Positions 52,088 to 61,543 of a stretch of DNA of 64,000 bases are shown piece after piece. The notes beneath the pieces are model-generated. The model saw nothing but the letters and a program-made list of their open reading frames with translations. It was not told the DNA's origin and did no database searches. The stretch's first letter is position 1. Each line of letters begins with the position of its first letter. A program made the translations under genes and the position numbers. This DNA comes from an uncultured Phaeodactylibacter sp. (GTDB taxonomy: Bacteria; Bacteroidota; Bacteroidia; Chitinophagales; Saprospiraceae): positions 42,130 through 106,129 of the forward strand of contig CAYQKY010000005.1 of NCBI GenBank assembly GCA_964418125.1. Reading direction: 5' to 3'.

Positions 52088-53623
52088 TTATTTCTCTGTA
52101 TCACTTTGTATTCCCCTTGCCCCGAACGGAGAGGCCTGCATCCAGTACGCCAGGTCCAGGTACTCAAAGAAACGGGCTTCCCGGGAGGGCAGCATTCGCT
52201 GTTTCAGGTTCTCGCCAAGTTTGCTGACAATCTCTTCCTTTTGATGCGTGTCCGGAGCGTTTACCAGCCTCCGCAGGCTGTCCAGCAACAGGTTCTCTGC
52301 CTGGTAGGCAGGCTGAAGGCCCTGGTGCTGCCGGCGGGTGGAGGTAATAAGGTAGGAGAGGAGCTCATAGTTGCCCAGCTCGTAATGCACGAGCAGCTGC
52401 AACAGCCTGGCAAAGCGGTACAATTCCTCCATCAGGCCCTTGCGCTGTTCCTGAAGTATCTGGTTGAGTACACTTAGGCTCTGGTTGTACTCCTTGTTCA
52501 GAAAAGCAGTATAGGCCAGTAGGTACTGTATGGAGAGTTTGTTAGGCAGCGCAATGGATGCCGAGTAAGCGGACAGTTCCTCCATTATGGCGGGCAGTCG
52601 GCGGTAAGCCTTCCGGTATTCCTTCCGGCTGGACAGCATGTTGAGTTCCAGCAGCGTGCTCTGCTCGAAGATCTTTTTTTTCACTCCCTTCAAGGCTTTG
52701 AAAGCGGGGTGGGAGGGAAGGCTCCTGAGTTTCGCCAGGCCTTCTTCTACCTGGGCCCAGTTCTTCAGCTGGAAGTTGTCGATCAGGTAATTGTTCAGGG
52801 CTACGATATAGCGGGAAGGGTATAATTCCTGGAGGAAAGGGTGTTCATCCAGCAGATTGAGCAGGGCCCGGTTGCAGAACAGGGCCCTTTCGGCTTCACG
52901 CGCCATAAAATGGTAGGTGGCCAGGGTGCGGAAGTAATCCATTCGTGCCAGCAGGCTTTCCGCCCTTTGCCCCTGAGCAAAATCATCGTCGTTGATGATC
53001 TCCTGAATAGCGTCTTCTTCACCGCCCGCGGAGAGGCGAACTTTCTGGTATTGCCGTTTTGCCATGCGCAGGTGATAATAGGCAAAGCGGCCTTCCTGTT
53101 CCAGGTTGCTCAGGGTTTCATTCCATTCCTTCCTCCAAACTTCCAGCTTCCGTCCGTGGGGAAGGCGGGAAATTTCTTGTTCCAGAAGGTTCTTTTCCAG
53201 TTGCAGCAACTCCGGCAGGTGTACAAATAACTGATAACGGTTGATGATCTTTCGGGCGCTTTTCAACTCCCGGTAAGATTCCGATAGTAGCCCTTTTTCC
53301 TTTAAGATGCCGGCTGCCTGTATTTTCCGTTTTACCTGTTCGGCGGGGTGAGCCTGCCGGTGATATTGCCCAAGGCAGTCGAGCAGCAACTGATACAACT
53401 GCCGCTTGAGGACGGGAAAATGATCTTTTTGTCCACTATCGGCGAGGGCCAGTTTCAGGGCCCTTTCATCATAGGTTTCCTGTTCATTGACGAGCCGAAA
53501 CAAACGCAGGTAGTTGTTTTGCGCCCCGATCACGTGCCGGTTCGCATACAGGTTAAAATAACGCTTTTCGGCAGGGGCCATGGCTTTGATCAACCGGAAA
53601 AGGGATTCATTTGGTTTTTTCAT
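52088..53623 (-). CDS. Conserved hypothetical all-helical protein (511 aa)
   Basis: The N-terminus is LFRLIKAMAPAEKRYFNLYANRH...NNYLRLFRLV. The remainder looks TPR-like and helical. No catalytic motif was recognised. Confidence 0.5.
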   Translation of the reverse strand: MKKPNESLFRLIKAMAPAEKRYFNLYANRHVIGAQNNYLRLFRLVNEQETYDERALKLALADSGQKDHFPVLKRQLYQLLLDCLGQYHRQAHPAEQVKRKIQAAGILKEKGLLSESYRELKSARKIINRYQLFVHLPELLQLEKNLLEQEISRLPHGRKLEVWRKEWNETLSNLEQEGRFAYYHLRMAKRQYQKVRLSAGGEEDAIQEIINDDDFAQGQRAESLLARMDYFRTLATYHFMAREAERALFCNRALLNLLDEHPFLQELYPSRYIVALNNYLIDNFQLKNWAQVEEGLAKLRSLPSHPAFKALKGVKKKIFEQSTLLELNMLSSRKEYRKAYRRLPAIMEELSAYSASIALPNKLSIQYLLAYTAFLNKEYNQSLSVLNQILQEQRKGLMEELYRFARLLQLLVHYELGNYELLSYLITSTRRQHQGLQPAYQAENLLLDSLRRLVNAPDTHQKEEIVSKLGENLKQRMLPSREARFFEYLDLAYWMQASPFGARGIQSDTEK

Positions 53624-53768
53624 CCGGACTTTTAATTTATAAATCCAATATACGCTGTTTTAAATAATAAGAATACCTGTATTTGATTTTTATGACTTTT
53701 TATTTATGCCCTAAACTCCATTTGCATACCCCCGCCGGAAGGCCGATTTTCGTGGAAAAAGAAAGAAA

Positions 53769-55919
53769 ATGAAGAATATTGCATTACTTGTTATACTCGT
53801 TTTTTGTGTCCTGGCTTTACCGGGGCAGATGATTGAATGGAAAAGCTACACTGTACCCGGCCGTGCTCAGAATCTGCTGGAGGAAGAACGTACGATTTGG
53901 CTGCCTACTGATGCCGGCCTTTTGGAAGTGGATAAACAATCCGGGAATTACCACCTTTGGAATAAGGTGAACGGAGGCCTTTCCTCCAATTCGATCGAAG
54001 CCGTTGCCCGCCATCCCATCACCGGTGATTTTTTCATCGGGACTTACGATGTTGCCCTTATGGTTCGGGAAGAACCCGGCGGCTCCTGGCAGCCTCTGCC
54101 TTATCCGGAAGAATGGGATACTTCCCCTTTTCAGCCGTTGCTTACCTATTGTCTGCAGTTTGACGCGGAGGGCACCCTTTGGGTTGGGACCAGCAAAGGA
54201 CTGGCCCGGTATGATGGCGAAAGCTGGGTATTGTACAACCAGGAAGGAGGCCATGAGTTCCTGAGCTGGGTAAAGGACATAGAGCCGGCGCCGGATGGAG
54301 GGCTTTATGTGGCCAGCCATGTAGTGTACCATGTAAAAGATGAAATCTTTACCCCGTTGAGTACAGCTGACTTTCAGTCTGAAGATTTTATTTTTTCCTA
54401 CGGAGATGCCGCCATGCATTACCAACCTGATGGCAACCTGTGGTTTTTTACCGATGTCGGCACAGCCGGGCGCTATCAGGATGGGCAATGGGAAGTTTTT
54501 CATGCTGTCGACAGCATGAATTTTTTCCCATCTCCGCCCCAAATTCTCACTGAATCCCCTACCGGTGAGCTTATTGTTTACTTCGGGAATGACAACTGGT
54601 ACCAGTATTCAGAAGAAGAGTGGCGCGCCATTTCAGCGCCTCAGGATATTGGCCAACCCCTGTATTTTTCTTTTACGGAAGAAGGGTATGTTTCCGTTAA
54701 CAGAGAACAGGTATTCATTCAAAATGCCGGCGGTACTCAAAATATCTCTTTCCCGGAATACCCGTTTTCCAGCCAGCCTTTTTCATTCTACAATTCTCCT
54801 GATGGCCAACTTTGGGTGAGAGATGGCAGTATCTTGCGAAACCTGGATTCCGGCCAGGGCATTTCTCTGGAAGAGGAGGGCGCGCCTCAATATTTTTCCA
54901 GTTATGCTTTTAGTGCTCAAGGGGAGCTTTGGGCAACCCAGCACGGGGCGGTTTTTCAGTTGGACCATAATGAGGGCTGGAAACGCTATGACCATACCAA
55001 CACTATCCTTCCGGACGCTACCAATTCCTGGCGGCTCAAGATCGGGGCGGATAATACTGTATGGCTAAGCATTTATAACGAGGGCCTGTACAGTTTTCGC
55101 AACGGAGTATGGGAAAAACACCAGCACCCGGCTCTGAGCGCCTACAATATCAGTGAAATGATCCCTCTTCCGAATGGAGAACTTTGGCTGGAGTTGTGGC
55201 GCCTGGGCAATTCCTCCCGCATTGCTTATCTTGACAGCGAAGGGCTCGGGCTGTTCGAAGATGGCGAACAAGGATACCGCCAGGCCAATTGGCAGCAACT
55301 GAGCCATGACCCGGTTACCGGCCTGCTATGGGCCCTGGACTGGAGCGGCCTACAGAAATTTGACGGCCAATCCTGGGAACAGGTAGCGTTCCCATTTGAT
55401 CGGGTAACGGACATTTCGGAAGGCTTCAGAAGCTTTTCAGTACGGGGAGACAGGATGCTGGCCGTTTCCAGTCACCGCATTTTTATTCATGATAACGGCG
55501 AGTGGGCTGTTTATTCCGCCGATAATGCTCCGCTGGCCAATGAGGATATTCGTGAAGCCGGCCTTACACAGGATGGAAACTTATGGGTGGCCCATCAGGG
55601 AACTGCTTTCATTGAAAAGGGGCAGTTGGTGCTGGCATCTGCTTCGGAAAGCCCAGTCGATATAAGGCCGGTAAATGGACTTGGCGTTTTCCCCAATCCG
55701 GTTACAGGGTACGTTTCTCTTTCAGGAGTATCCGGTAACGGCCGCGGAGTGATCTTCCTTTTTGATGCGCAGGGAAGGCTCGCCGGAAGGTTTCAGGCCG
55801 ATTTTAGTGAAGGTGAGCCTACAACGATCACCTTGCCGAACCTGAGGCCGGGGTGGTATGTGGGGAAGGTTGAGTTGAATGGAAAGCTGTTTGGGTTCAG
55901 GATGTTGAAAACAGATTGA
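53769..55919 (+). CDS. Secreted beta-propeller protein (two-component-regulator propeller-type repeats) with a T9SS C-terminal sorting domain
   Basis: Signal peptide. Repeated ...G.LW.GT..GL..yd. blocks are present (GTLWVGTSKGLARYDG, TVWLSIYNEGLYSFRNG). The C-terminal FPNPVTGYVSLSG...GWYVGKVEL is CTD-like. Confidence 0.7.
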   Translation: MKNIALLVILVFCVLALPGQMIEWKSYTVPGRAQNLLEEERTIWLPTDAGLLEVDKQSGNYHLWNKVNGGLSSNSIEAVARHPITGDFFIGTYDVALMVREEPGGSWQPLPYPEEWDTSPFQPLLTYCLQFDAEGTLWVGTSKGLARYDGESWVLYNQEGGHEFLSWVKDIEPAPDGGLYVASHVVYHVKDEIFTPLSTADFQSEDFIFSYGDAAMHYQPDGNLWFFTDVGTAGRYQDGQWEVFHAVDSMNFFPSPPQILTESPTGELIVYFGNDNWYQYSEEEWRAISAPQDIGQPLYFSFTEEGYVSVNREQVFIQNAGGTQNISFPEYPFSSQPFSFYNSPDGQLWVRDGSILRNLDSGQGISLEEEGAPQYFSSYAFSAQGELWATQHGAVFQLDHNEGWKRYDHTNTILPDATNSWRLKIGADNTVWLSIYNEGLYSFRNGVWEKHQHPALSAYNISEMIPLPNGELWLELWRLGNSSRIAYLDSEGLGLFEDGEQGYRQANWQQLSHDPVTGLLWALDWSGLQKFDGQSWEQVAFPFDRVTDISEGFRSFSVRGDRMLAVSSHRIFIHDNGEWAVYSADNAPLANEDIREAGLTQDGNLWVAHQGTAFIEKGQLVLASASESPVDIRPVNGLGVFPNPVTGYVSLSGVSGNGRGVIFLFDAQGRLAGRFQADFSEGEPTTITLPNLRPGWYVGKVELNGKLFGFRMLKTD

Positions 55920-56017
55920 ATTTCCTTTCGGGATGCGATTTTCTATTGCACTCCGGCTTCCAGTTATTGGCGGTTTTTTCAGTTTGACGCACCATATGAT
56001 GAATATGGAACGTCCGG

Positions 56018-56866
56018 TTAGACGCTTTCCGAAGGCTTTTCGTCTTCGTCCGGCGCGCCCTTTTTTTCCCTTACTTCCAGCCGCACGTCCCGGTAGTGGC
56101 GTTTCAGCCAGGTTGCCAGGCCATCGAGCCCGGGGAAGAGGACCCGCTCATTGATGTTGGACTGGTCGAGCTTGTCGCGGATCTCCCATTTCATAGCGGC
56201 CGGAATGATGATCCTGAAGTAACTGACCTCTCTTCCCTTCAGCCAGTCGCTGATCAGGATGCTGGGGTTGGACATCATCGAGAATACAGCATATTGATTG
56301 ACGATGCGGTCATCGATCGATGGGGGTTCGAAAAAGATGGGGAAATCATCCTTTTTAAGGTTGCTCAATTCCGGCAGGTTGGAAACCGTCCGTTCCAGCA
56401 TTTCGGCCGTAAATATATGGGAACCTTCCTCTTCAATGATCCGGGCGAGTTGGTCGGGAAGGTAATTCTTGGTGTCTACGTAGTTAACTGCCCAGATGAC
56501 CCCGTCCTTATGGTATTTGGTGAAATCGGCCGTGGAGAAGTGCAGGGCGACATAGGGCGAATAGGTCCAGTCGAGCATGCGGGTTGGCAGTCCGTGGTGT
56601 TGGGCGAGGGCCAGCCAGTTCCATACTGACTTATACTCAGAGCTGATCTGTTTGTGGCTGTATTTGCGAAAGTTGCGCAACAGATGTTTTTCCAGGTGTG
56701 ATTCTCCCAGCCGGTTAAGGGTTGAGGTCAGCTTGTAGTTACTATCTTCCAGCCCGCGATATACATAGGCGGAGCGATAGCGGTGCAATTGCTCGTTCCA
56801 GGAATCAAAATACAGAACTTCCTGCAGGTGCGCCCAGTTTTCAATAACGATATCTTTGCCATTCAT
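56018..56866 (-). CDS. FRG-domain protein
   Basis: YVYRGLEDSNYKLTSTL and WLALAQHHGLPTRMLDWTYSPYVALHF match the FRG-domain core pattern as I remember it. Confidence 0.65.
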   Translation of the reverse strand: MNGKDIVIENWAHLQEVLYFDSWNEQLHRYRSAYVYRGLEDSNYKLTSTLNRLGESHLEKHLLRNFRKYSHKQISSEYKSVWNWLALAQHHGLPTRMLDWTYSPYVALHFSTADFTKYHKDGVIWAVNYVDTKNYLPDQLARIIEEEGSHIFTAEMLERTVSNLPELSNLKKDDFPIFFEPPSIDDRIVNQYAVFSMMSNPSILISDWLKGREVSYFRIIIPAAMKWEIRDKLDQSNINERVLFPGLDGLATWLKRHYRDVRLEVREKKGAPDEDEKPSESV

Positions 56867-56980
56867 GGCGCAAAGGTAAGAAAAGAAAACGCGGCCTCCG
56901 GAATAAAAAAGGCGGCTCAGCCTCCTTTAAGGGCTAAACCGCCACGTGCCACATCATCATTTTCAGTCGGGTAATTTCTT

Positions 56981-57048
56981 GGTTGATGGGTTGATCAAGT
57001 TGATTGGGTTGATTGGGAACTCAATCATCCAGTCAACCAAACCATCAG
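56981..57048. repeat. GGTTGAT / TTGATTGGG tandem block followed by a partially complementary ATCA/CAACC block
   Basis: TTGATTGGG occurs in tandem at 57000-57008 and 57009-57017. TGATTG (57010-57015) pairs with CAATCA (57022-57027). GGTTGA (56989-56994) pairs with TCAACC (57033-57038). Confidence 0.55.
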
Positions 57049-58340
57049 GGCTTCGGCTCCTCATAGTTCACCCCCAGTTGCGCCAGCAATTTCAGCGAGT
57101 TGGCCCGGACATTATCCGGCGGATTGAGGGAAAGGGATTTCTTCAGGGCCTTGACGGCCTTCTCCTTTTGCCCGGCGTTGACGTATCCTTCGCCCAGGCT
57201 GTCCCATACGTTGGGGTCTTCGGGGTGTTTCTCCGCATTGGCCTCGAAGATCTCGAGCGCTTTATCGGTTTTTCCACTGAAGAGCAGCTTATAGCCGTAA
57301 TTGTTAAGTTCGGCATTGGTGCCCCGGGCGATAGCCTCTTGTTTGGTTTTTTCGGCTTTTTGACTATCGCCTTTGACTTCCAATACCTGGGCGTGGGCCA
57401 TCATTGTTGTCATGTTGGGCGCCATGCTTACTGCTTTTTCCGACCAGGCCAGGGCTTCCTCGTATTGCTCATTTTTCAGGGCGTAGTTGGCGGCGGCGCT
57501 GTACTCTTTCCAGGTGCAGGGCAGGGATTCCAGGTCCTTGCCCATAGTTTTCATAGCTACCTTGACTTCCTTACCGGTATCGCCACCGCCCTTAACCTTG
57601 CCGGCCAGTTGGGCTTTGATGAGCAGGTTCTGAGCATTGGGGGCCATGAATACCGAGCGGCTGGCCCACCCCAGGGCTTCCTCCTGGTTGACATCATTTT
57701 TCAGGCAGTAGGCCGCTGCTTCCTGCCAGGCCTGTGGGTTGAACTGCGAGATGCCTTTCAGTTCGTCCCGCATACTGGCCAGCACCACGTTGTTAACGTT
57801 AGTTTCGATCCGGAACGGAACGGACTTATCTGCCCACTTAAGGGCACAGGTGGCGCTGTTAGGGCTGATATCCTCGAATTCGAAGGCCAGGTGTTCATGG
57901 AAGGCTTCCGCCTTTTGGGGCATGACTTCCACACGGAGGGCGTCTTCCGATTCGTTGTACCCGAAGCTGCCCCATGCATTGGTGTTGTTTGAAAAAATAA
58001 CGGCCCACTTCTCTTCGGTGGGGATCATGTGAAGGCCGTATGCGCCGGCAGAGAGTTCCTGCCCTTCAATCCAGACATTGGTTGAAAATTTGATAACCGT
58101 GTTCTCGTTCGCGCCGGCCCGCCAGACGGCATTCATCGGTACGAGTTTATCCCATACCTCCCGCCCTTTCACTGCCGGGCGGTGGTATTTGACCATTACG
58201 TCCGTCAGCCCGATAGTCTGCCCGACAAAAGCCTTCTGGCTTACCTGGGGGGCTTTGAGTACTGGCTGGGTATAACTGGAAACGGAAGAAAGGAACAGAA
58301 AAAGGAAAAAAGCAAGGAATGGGTGTAGTATCTTTTTCAT
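57045..58340 (-). CDS. Secreted DUF2911-domain protein with C-terminal TPR repeats
   Basis: Signal peptide. VKYHRPAVKGREVW...AVWRAGANENT is the DUF2911 pattern. Several TPR units follow (EEALAWSEKAVSMAPN, EKAVKALKKSLSLNPPD). Confidence 0.7.
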   Translation of the reverse strand: MKKILHPFLAFFLFLFLSSVSSYTQPVLKAPQVSQKAFVGQTIGLTDVMVKYHRPAVKGREVWDKLVPMNAVWRAGANENTVIKFSTNVWIEGQELSAGAYGLHMIPTEEKWAVIFSNNTNAWGSFGYNESEDALRVEVMPQKAEAFHEHLAFEFEDISPNSATCALKWADKSVPFRIETNVNNVVLASMRDELKGISQFNPQAWQEAAAYCLKNDVNQEEALGWASRSVFMAPNAQNLLIKAQLAGKVKGGGDTGKEVKVAMKTMGKDLESLPCTWKEYSAAANYALKNEQYEEALAWSEKAVSMAPNMTTMMAHAQVLEVKGDSQKAEKTKQEAIARGTNAELNNYGYKLLFSGKTDKALEIFEANAEKHPEDPNVWDSLGEGYVNAGQKEKAVKALKKSLSLNPPDNVRANSLKLLAQLGVNYEEPKP

Positions 58341-58357
58341 AACAGCCGGGTTTATTC

Positions 58358-58408
58358 GGCGAAGAGAAAATGGAAGAAGCCGAAGCTTTCCATTTTCTCT
58401 CTTTCGCC
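58358..58408. promoter_or_regulatory. About 18-bp hairpin just upstream of the DUF2911 gene start (minus strand)
   Basis: GGCGAAGAGAAAATGGAA (58358-58375) pairs with TTCCATTTTCTCTCTTTCGCC (58388-58408). The match is complementary with a 3-nt bulge. Confidence 0.5.
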
Positions 58409-58595
58409 TAACAACAGTTTGTGGGTGATTTCTTAATACAAGGTAAGGCCATGAGCCTAAGGATGCAATAAAATTGTGGCCAGCCGCGCGTATTGTGATA
58501 GATGGTTAGGCAAAGGCAAGGAAGAGCAGAAGGAATGATGGAATTTCACCCGGCTGAGCTGAAGGTAAGACGGGGAAGGAATTCCTTCACTCCTA

Positions 58596-59384
58596 TCACA
58601 ACTCCTTCCTGATCTTTTCATCGTCCAGGTACTCATGGATGGCATCCCTGTAACTGCGGCTGGAGAGCAGGCAGCGGCCGTCTTTCATGTGGAAAGCATA
58701 TTGGTTATTCCCCTCGTATTTGATTTCCCGTATATATCGGGTATTGACCAGCAGCGAGCGGTGGATACGCAGGAAGAGGCCATCATTGAGCTGTTCTTCG
58801 ACGGATTGCAGGGTATGGCGGATGAGGTAGGCCTTATCAGGCGTATGTACTTTCAGGTAATTGCCATCGGCCTCGATGTAGCGGATGTCGACGGCCCGGA
58901 CCAGTATGGTGCGCCCTTTCTCTTTGACTTCCAGGTTTCGGAGCTCTTCACTTTGGCCATGCTGGTGAGATTCCAGCAGCCGCACCATTTTTTTATGCAA
59001 CATCGCATCCTCTTTGAGGCTGATCTGCTGACGGGCGTGCTCAACGGCGCGCAGGAAGCGCTCGTCGTCGTAGGGTTTTAGCAGATAATCGACAGCATGC
59101 ACATCAAAAGCCTTAAGGGCATATTGGTTGTAGGCCGTCACAAAGATTATGAAAGGCAGGGGCTGGAGTTCTTCGCGGGAGAGCACCTCGAAGCCGGTCA
59201 GGTCAGGCATTTGTATATCCAGGAAAACGAGATCGGGCCGGTATTCTTCCATCTGGCGGAGGGCTTCCCTTCCATTCTTACATTCCCCAATAATGGTGAT
59301 GTAATCGATCGACTCCAGTAATTTTACGATCCGGGCCCGCGCCAGCGGTTCGTCATCAACTACCAGGGTACGGATCTTCTTCAT
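58596..59384 (-). CDS. LytTR-family two-component response regulator
   Basis: The receiver has VVDDEP, DLVFLDIQMP and the phospho-acceptor Asp. The C-terminal LytTR domain has IRYIEADGNYLKVHT...FLRIHRSLLVN. Confidence 0.9.
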   Translation of the reverse strand: MKKIRTLVVDDEPLARARIVKLLESIDYITIIGECKNGREALRQMEEYRPDLVFLDIQMPDLTGFEVLSREELQPLPFIIFVTAYNQYALKAFDVHAVDYLLKPYDDERFLRAVEHARQQISLKEDAMLHKKMVRLLESHQHGQSEELRNLEVKEKGRTILVRAVDIRYIEADGNYLKVHTPDKAYLIRHTLQSVEEQLNDGLFLRIHRSLLVNTRYIREIKYEGNNQYAFHMKDGRCLLSSRSYRDAIHEYLDDEKIRKEL

Positions 59385-60493
59385 GGCCGTTGTCGTTGAA
59401 ATGGAATAATGATAGTGACTTCAAACCCGCCTCCTGTTTCTGACCGTACATTAAAAGTGAAGTTGTTGTGGTAGATCAGCTTCAATCTTTCCTGTACGTT
59501 TTTCAACCCGATTCCGGAGGAAGCCAGTTCCTCCGGCGCCCGGGAACTTCCTTCTCCATCATCGCGGACGATGACCATCAACTGATTGCCTTCGATCTTT
59601 TTGCAGATCAGCCGGATCTCTCCCGGCTCTATTCGGTTGGCAAAACCGTGTTTGACGGCATTTTCCACAAGGGGTTGGAGCAATAAAGAAGGTATCATTG
59701 CTTCCAGCGCCTGCTCATCGATCTGGTATTCCGTTCTCAGCCGGTCGGGAAAGCGGGCCTGTTCAATATTGAGATAATTTTTTATAAAGTCAATCTCCTC
59801 CCGCAATGGCGCCAGGTTCCTTTTGTCCTGGTCGAGGACGAAGCGGAGGAGGTTGCCCAACTGCGATACCACCTTCTGTGCCTTTTTTTTGTCGAACTCC
59901 ATCAGGGAAGAGATCGTATTGAGCGTGTTGAACAGGAAATGGGGCTGCAGTTGCAGGCGCAGTGCATTGAGCTGAGCGCTGGACAACTGCCCTTCCAGTT
60001 GGGCCAGTTCGAGCTGTTTGTTGCGGTATTTTCGGCGTAGCTCAATGGCAGTGATTACCGCATAGATGATCCCGAATTCGATCAGGCGGGTGATCACGGC
60101 GGCCGGCAGGACGCCTATCATATGCTTCACCGTATCGAAGGTCATTTTTTTGACCCCAAGGAAATGAATGGTGGGAAAGTAGAGCAGGTTGGATACCAGC
60201 TCGTGCAGCAGGGCCAAAACGGCGCCCCCCAGCAATATCCTCAGGAACAGTATGCCATTGTTGGCGCTGGGCCGGTCCTGAATGCGGCCGACGACAAAAT
60301 ACACCAGAGGCAGGAGGAGCGCCCAGGTCAGATAATTGACAACATGGATGAACCACCCGCGGTCCCAGGTGAACTTATCGGCTTCATTGTAGTACATCAT
60401 GAAGAGGAAATTGCGCAGGCCCACCAGTGAGCCCAGAGCAATACTTGCCAGAATAGCGTACAAATACGGTACCGGTAATTTGCGCATACTCAT
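59381..60493 (-). CDS. LytS/YehU-type sensor histidine kinase
   Basis: About four N-terminal TM helices are present. The His_kinase block is LRLQLQPHFLFNTLNTI. The HATPase has LLLQPLVENAVKHG and DDGEG...GIGLKN. An ATGA overlap links it to the regulator gene. Confidence 0.85.
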   Translation of the reverse strand: MSMRKLPVPYLYAILASIALGSLVGLRNFLFMMYYNEADKFTWDRGWFIHVVNYLTWALLLPLVYFVVGRIQDRPSANNGILFLRILLGGAVLALLHELVSNLLYFPTIHFLGVKKMTFDTVKHMIGVLPAAVITRLIEFGIIYAVITAIELRRKYRNKQLELAQLEGQLSSAQLNALRLQLQPHFLFNTLNTISSLMEFDKKKAQKVVSQLGNLLRFVLDQDKRNLAPLREEIDFIKNYLNIEQARFPDRLRTEYQIDEQALEAMIPSLLLQPLVENAVKHGFANRIEPGEIRLICKKIEGNQLMVIVRDDGEGSSRAPEELASSGIGLKNVQERLKLIYHNNFTFNVRSETGGGFEVTIIIPFQRQRP

Positions 60494-60604
60494 GTCCCAA
60501 AGTAATTAAAATTGCAGGAAATAAACGAACCCTTTGGGGCCAATGGATAGAAAAGTGGCCATTTGGTTTTTCAGTAGCGAAAAGCCCGTTATCTTGGTGG
60601 GGTT

Positions 60605-61345
60605 ATGCCAGATAGCCGTAAACACAGAGGCCAGCATCCTTCGGATGCCAGGTTGTTCGGTAAAAGCCAGGTCCCGAAACTTCAGCAGGCGGTGCGGGAC
60701 CTGTCCTGGCTTTTATCCCGCGGTTATTCTGAAAAGTCCTCGCTGAAACTGGTGGGCGACCGCTATCGCCTGCAGAGCCGGCAGCGCCTGGCCGTCAGCC
60801 GCTCTTCCTGTTCCCGCCAGGCGGCGGCCCGCCGGCGCCTGCACGCCCTTCCGGAGGAAGCGATGAAAGGCAATACCCTTTACATCGACGGTTTCAATGT
60901 GCTGATCACCGTCGAAAGCGCCCTTTCGGGAGGCTTCATTCTGGAAGGAGTTGATGGCTGCTACCGGGATATGGCCAGCATTCACGGGTCGTACAAGCGG
61001 GTTATGGAAACCGAAGATGCCATTTTGCTGGCGGGAAAAGCCCTCGAGCAACTGGAAACCAGGAAGGCGGTGTGGTACCTGGACCGCCCGGTGTCAAACA
61101 GCGGCCGGCTCAAACAAATAATCCTCCAAATTGCCGGAAGCCACAACTGGGATTGGGAGGCTGCACTTTATTATAACCCGGACAACGTCCTCTCCGGCCA
61201 GGCTGAGCCGACTGCTTCTTCCGATAGTGTGATCCTTGATGGAGCGGCTCAATGGTTCAACCTGGCACGCTACGTGGTTAACCTGTTTGTTCCCGACGCC
61301 CTCGTCCTGCCTCTTGGGCAGCTGGCCAGGGCCTCTTCCTACTGA
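60605..61345 (+). CDS. DUF434-like N-terminal domain fused to a PIN/NYN-like (YacP-type) domain
   Basis: HRGQHPSDARLF...LSWLLSRGYSEKSSLKLVGDRYRL resembles DUF434 as I recall it. LYIDGFNVLITVES resembles the first acidic strand of NYN/PIN nucleases. Confidence 0.45.
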   Translation: MPDSRKHRGQHPSDARLFGKSQVPKLQQAVRDLSWLLSRGYSEKSSLKLVGDRYRLQSRQRLAVSRSSCSRQAAARRRLHALPEEAMKGNTLYIDGFNVLITVESALSGGFILEGVDGCYRDMASIHGSYKRVMETEDAILLAGKALEQLETRKAVWYLDRPVSNSGRLKQIILQIAGSHNWDWEAALYYNPDNVLSGQAEPTASSDSVILDGAAQWFNLARYVVNLFVPDALVLPLGQLARASSY

Positions 61346-61543
61346 CCGATGGCTGCAACAGGCCCTGGCATTTGTCAAATTTTTTTCTTAAATTTCTATC
61401 CTTGGAGCCGGGTTCAGGGTGCTTCCAATCCGTCATGCCCGCCGGCCATTCAGCAGCAGGGTTACCGCTGGACTTTTCAGCGCATAAATAAAAAGTGAAA
61501 AGCTACGGTGCAACCAGATTAAATCACAAAACCGAGAATATCT

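Noticed and set aside
51878-53623. tRNA-His as an integration site for a genomic island
   Set aside because: No integrase or recombinase gene lies on either side. I could not spot a direct repeat of the tRNA 3' end by eye. Flanking genes look like ordinary Bacteroidota secreted or hypothetical genes. A systematic repeat search was not possible.
56946-57992. 348-aa plus-strand ORF opposite the DUF2911/TPR gene
   Set aside because: It is an antisense shadow of a gene with clear signal peptide, DUF2911 and TPR motifs. It has no motifs of its own.
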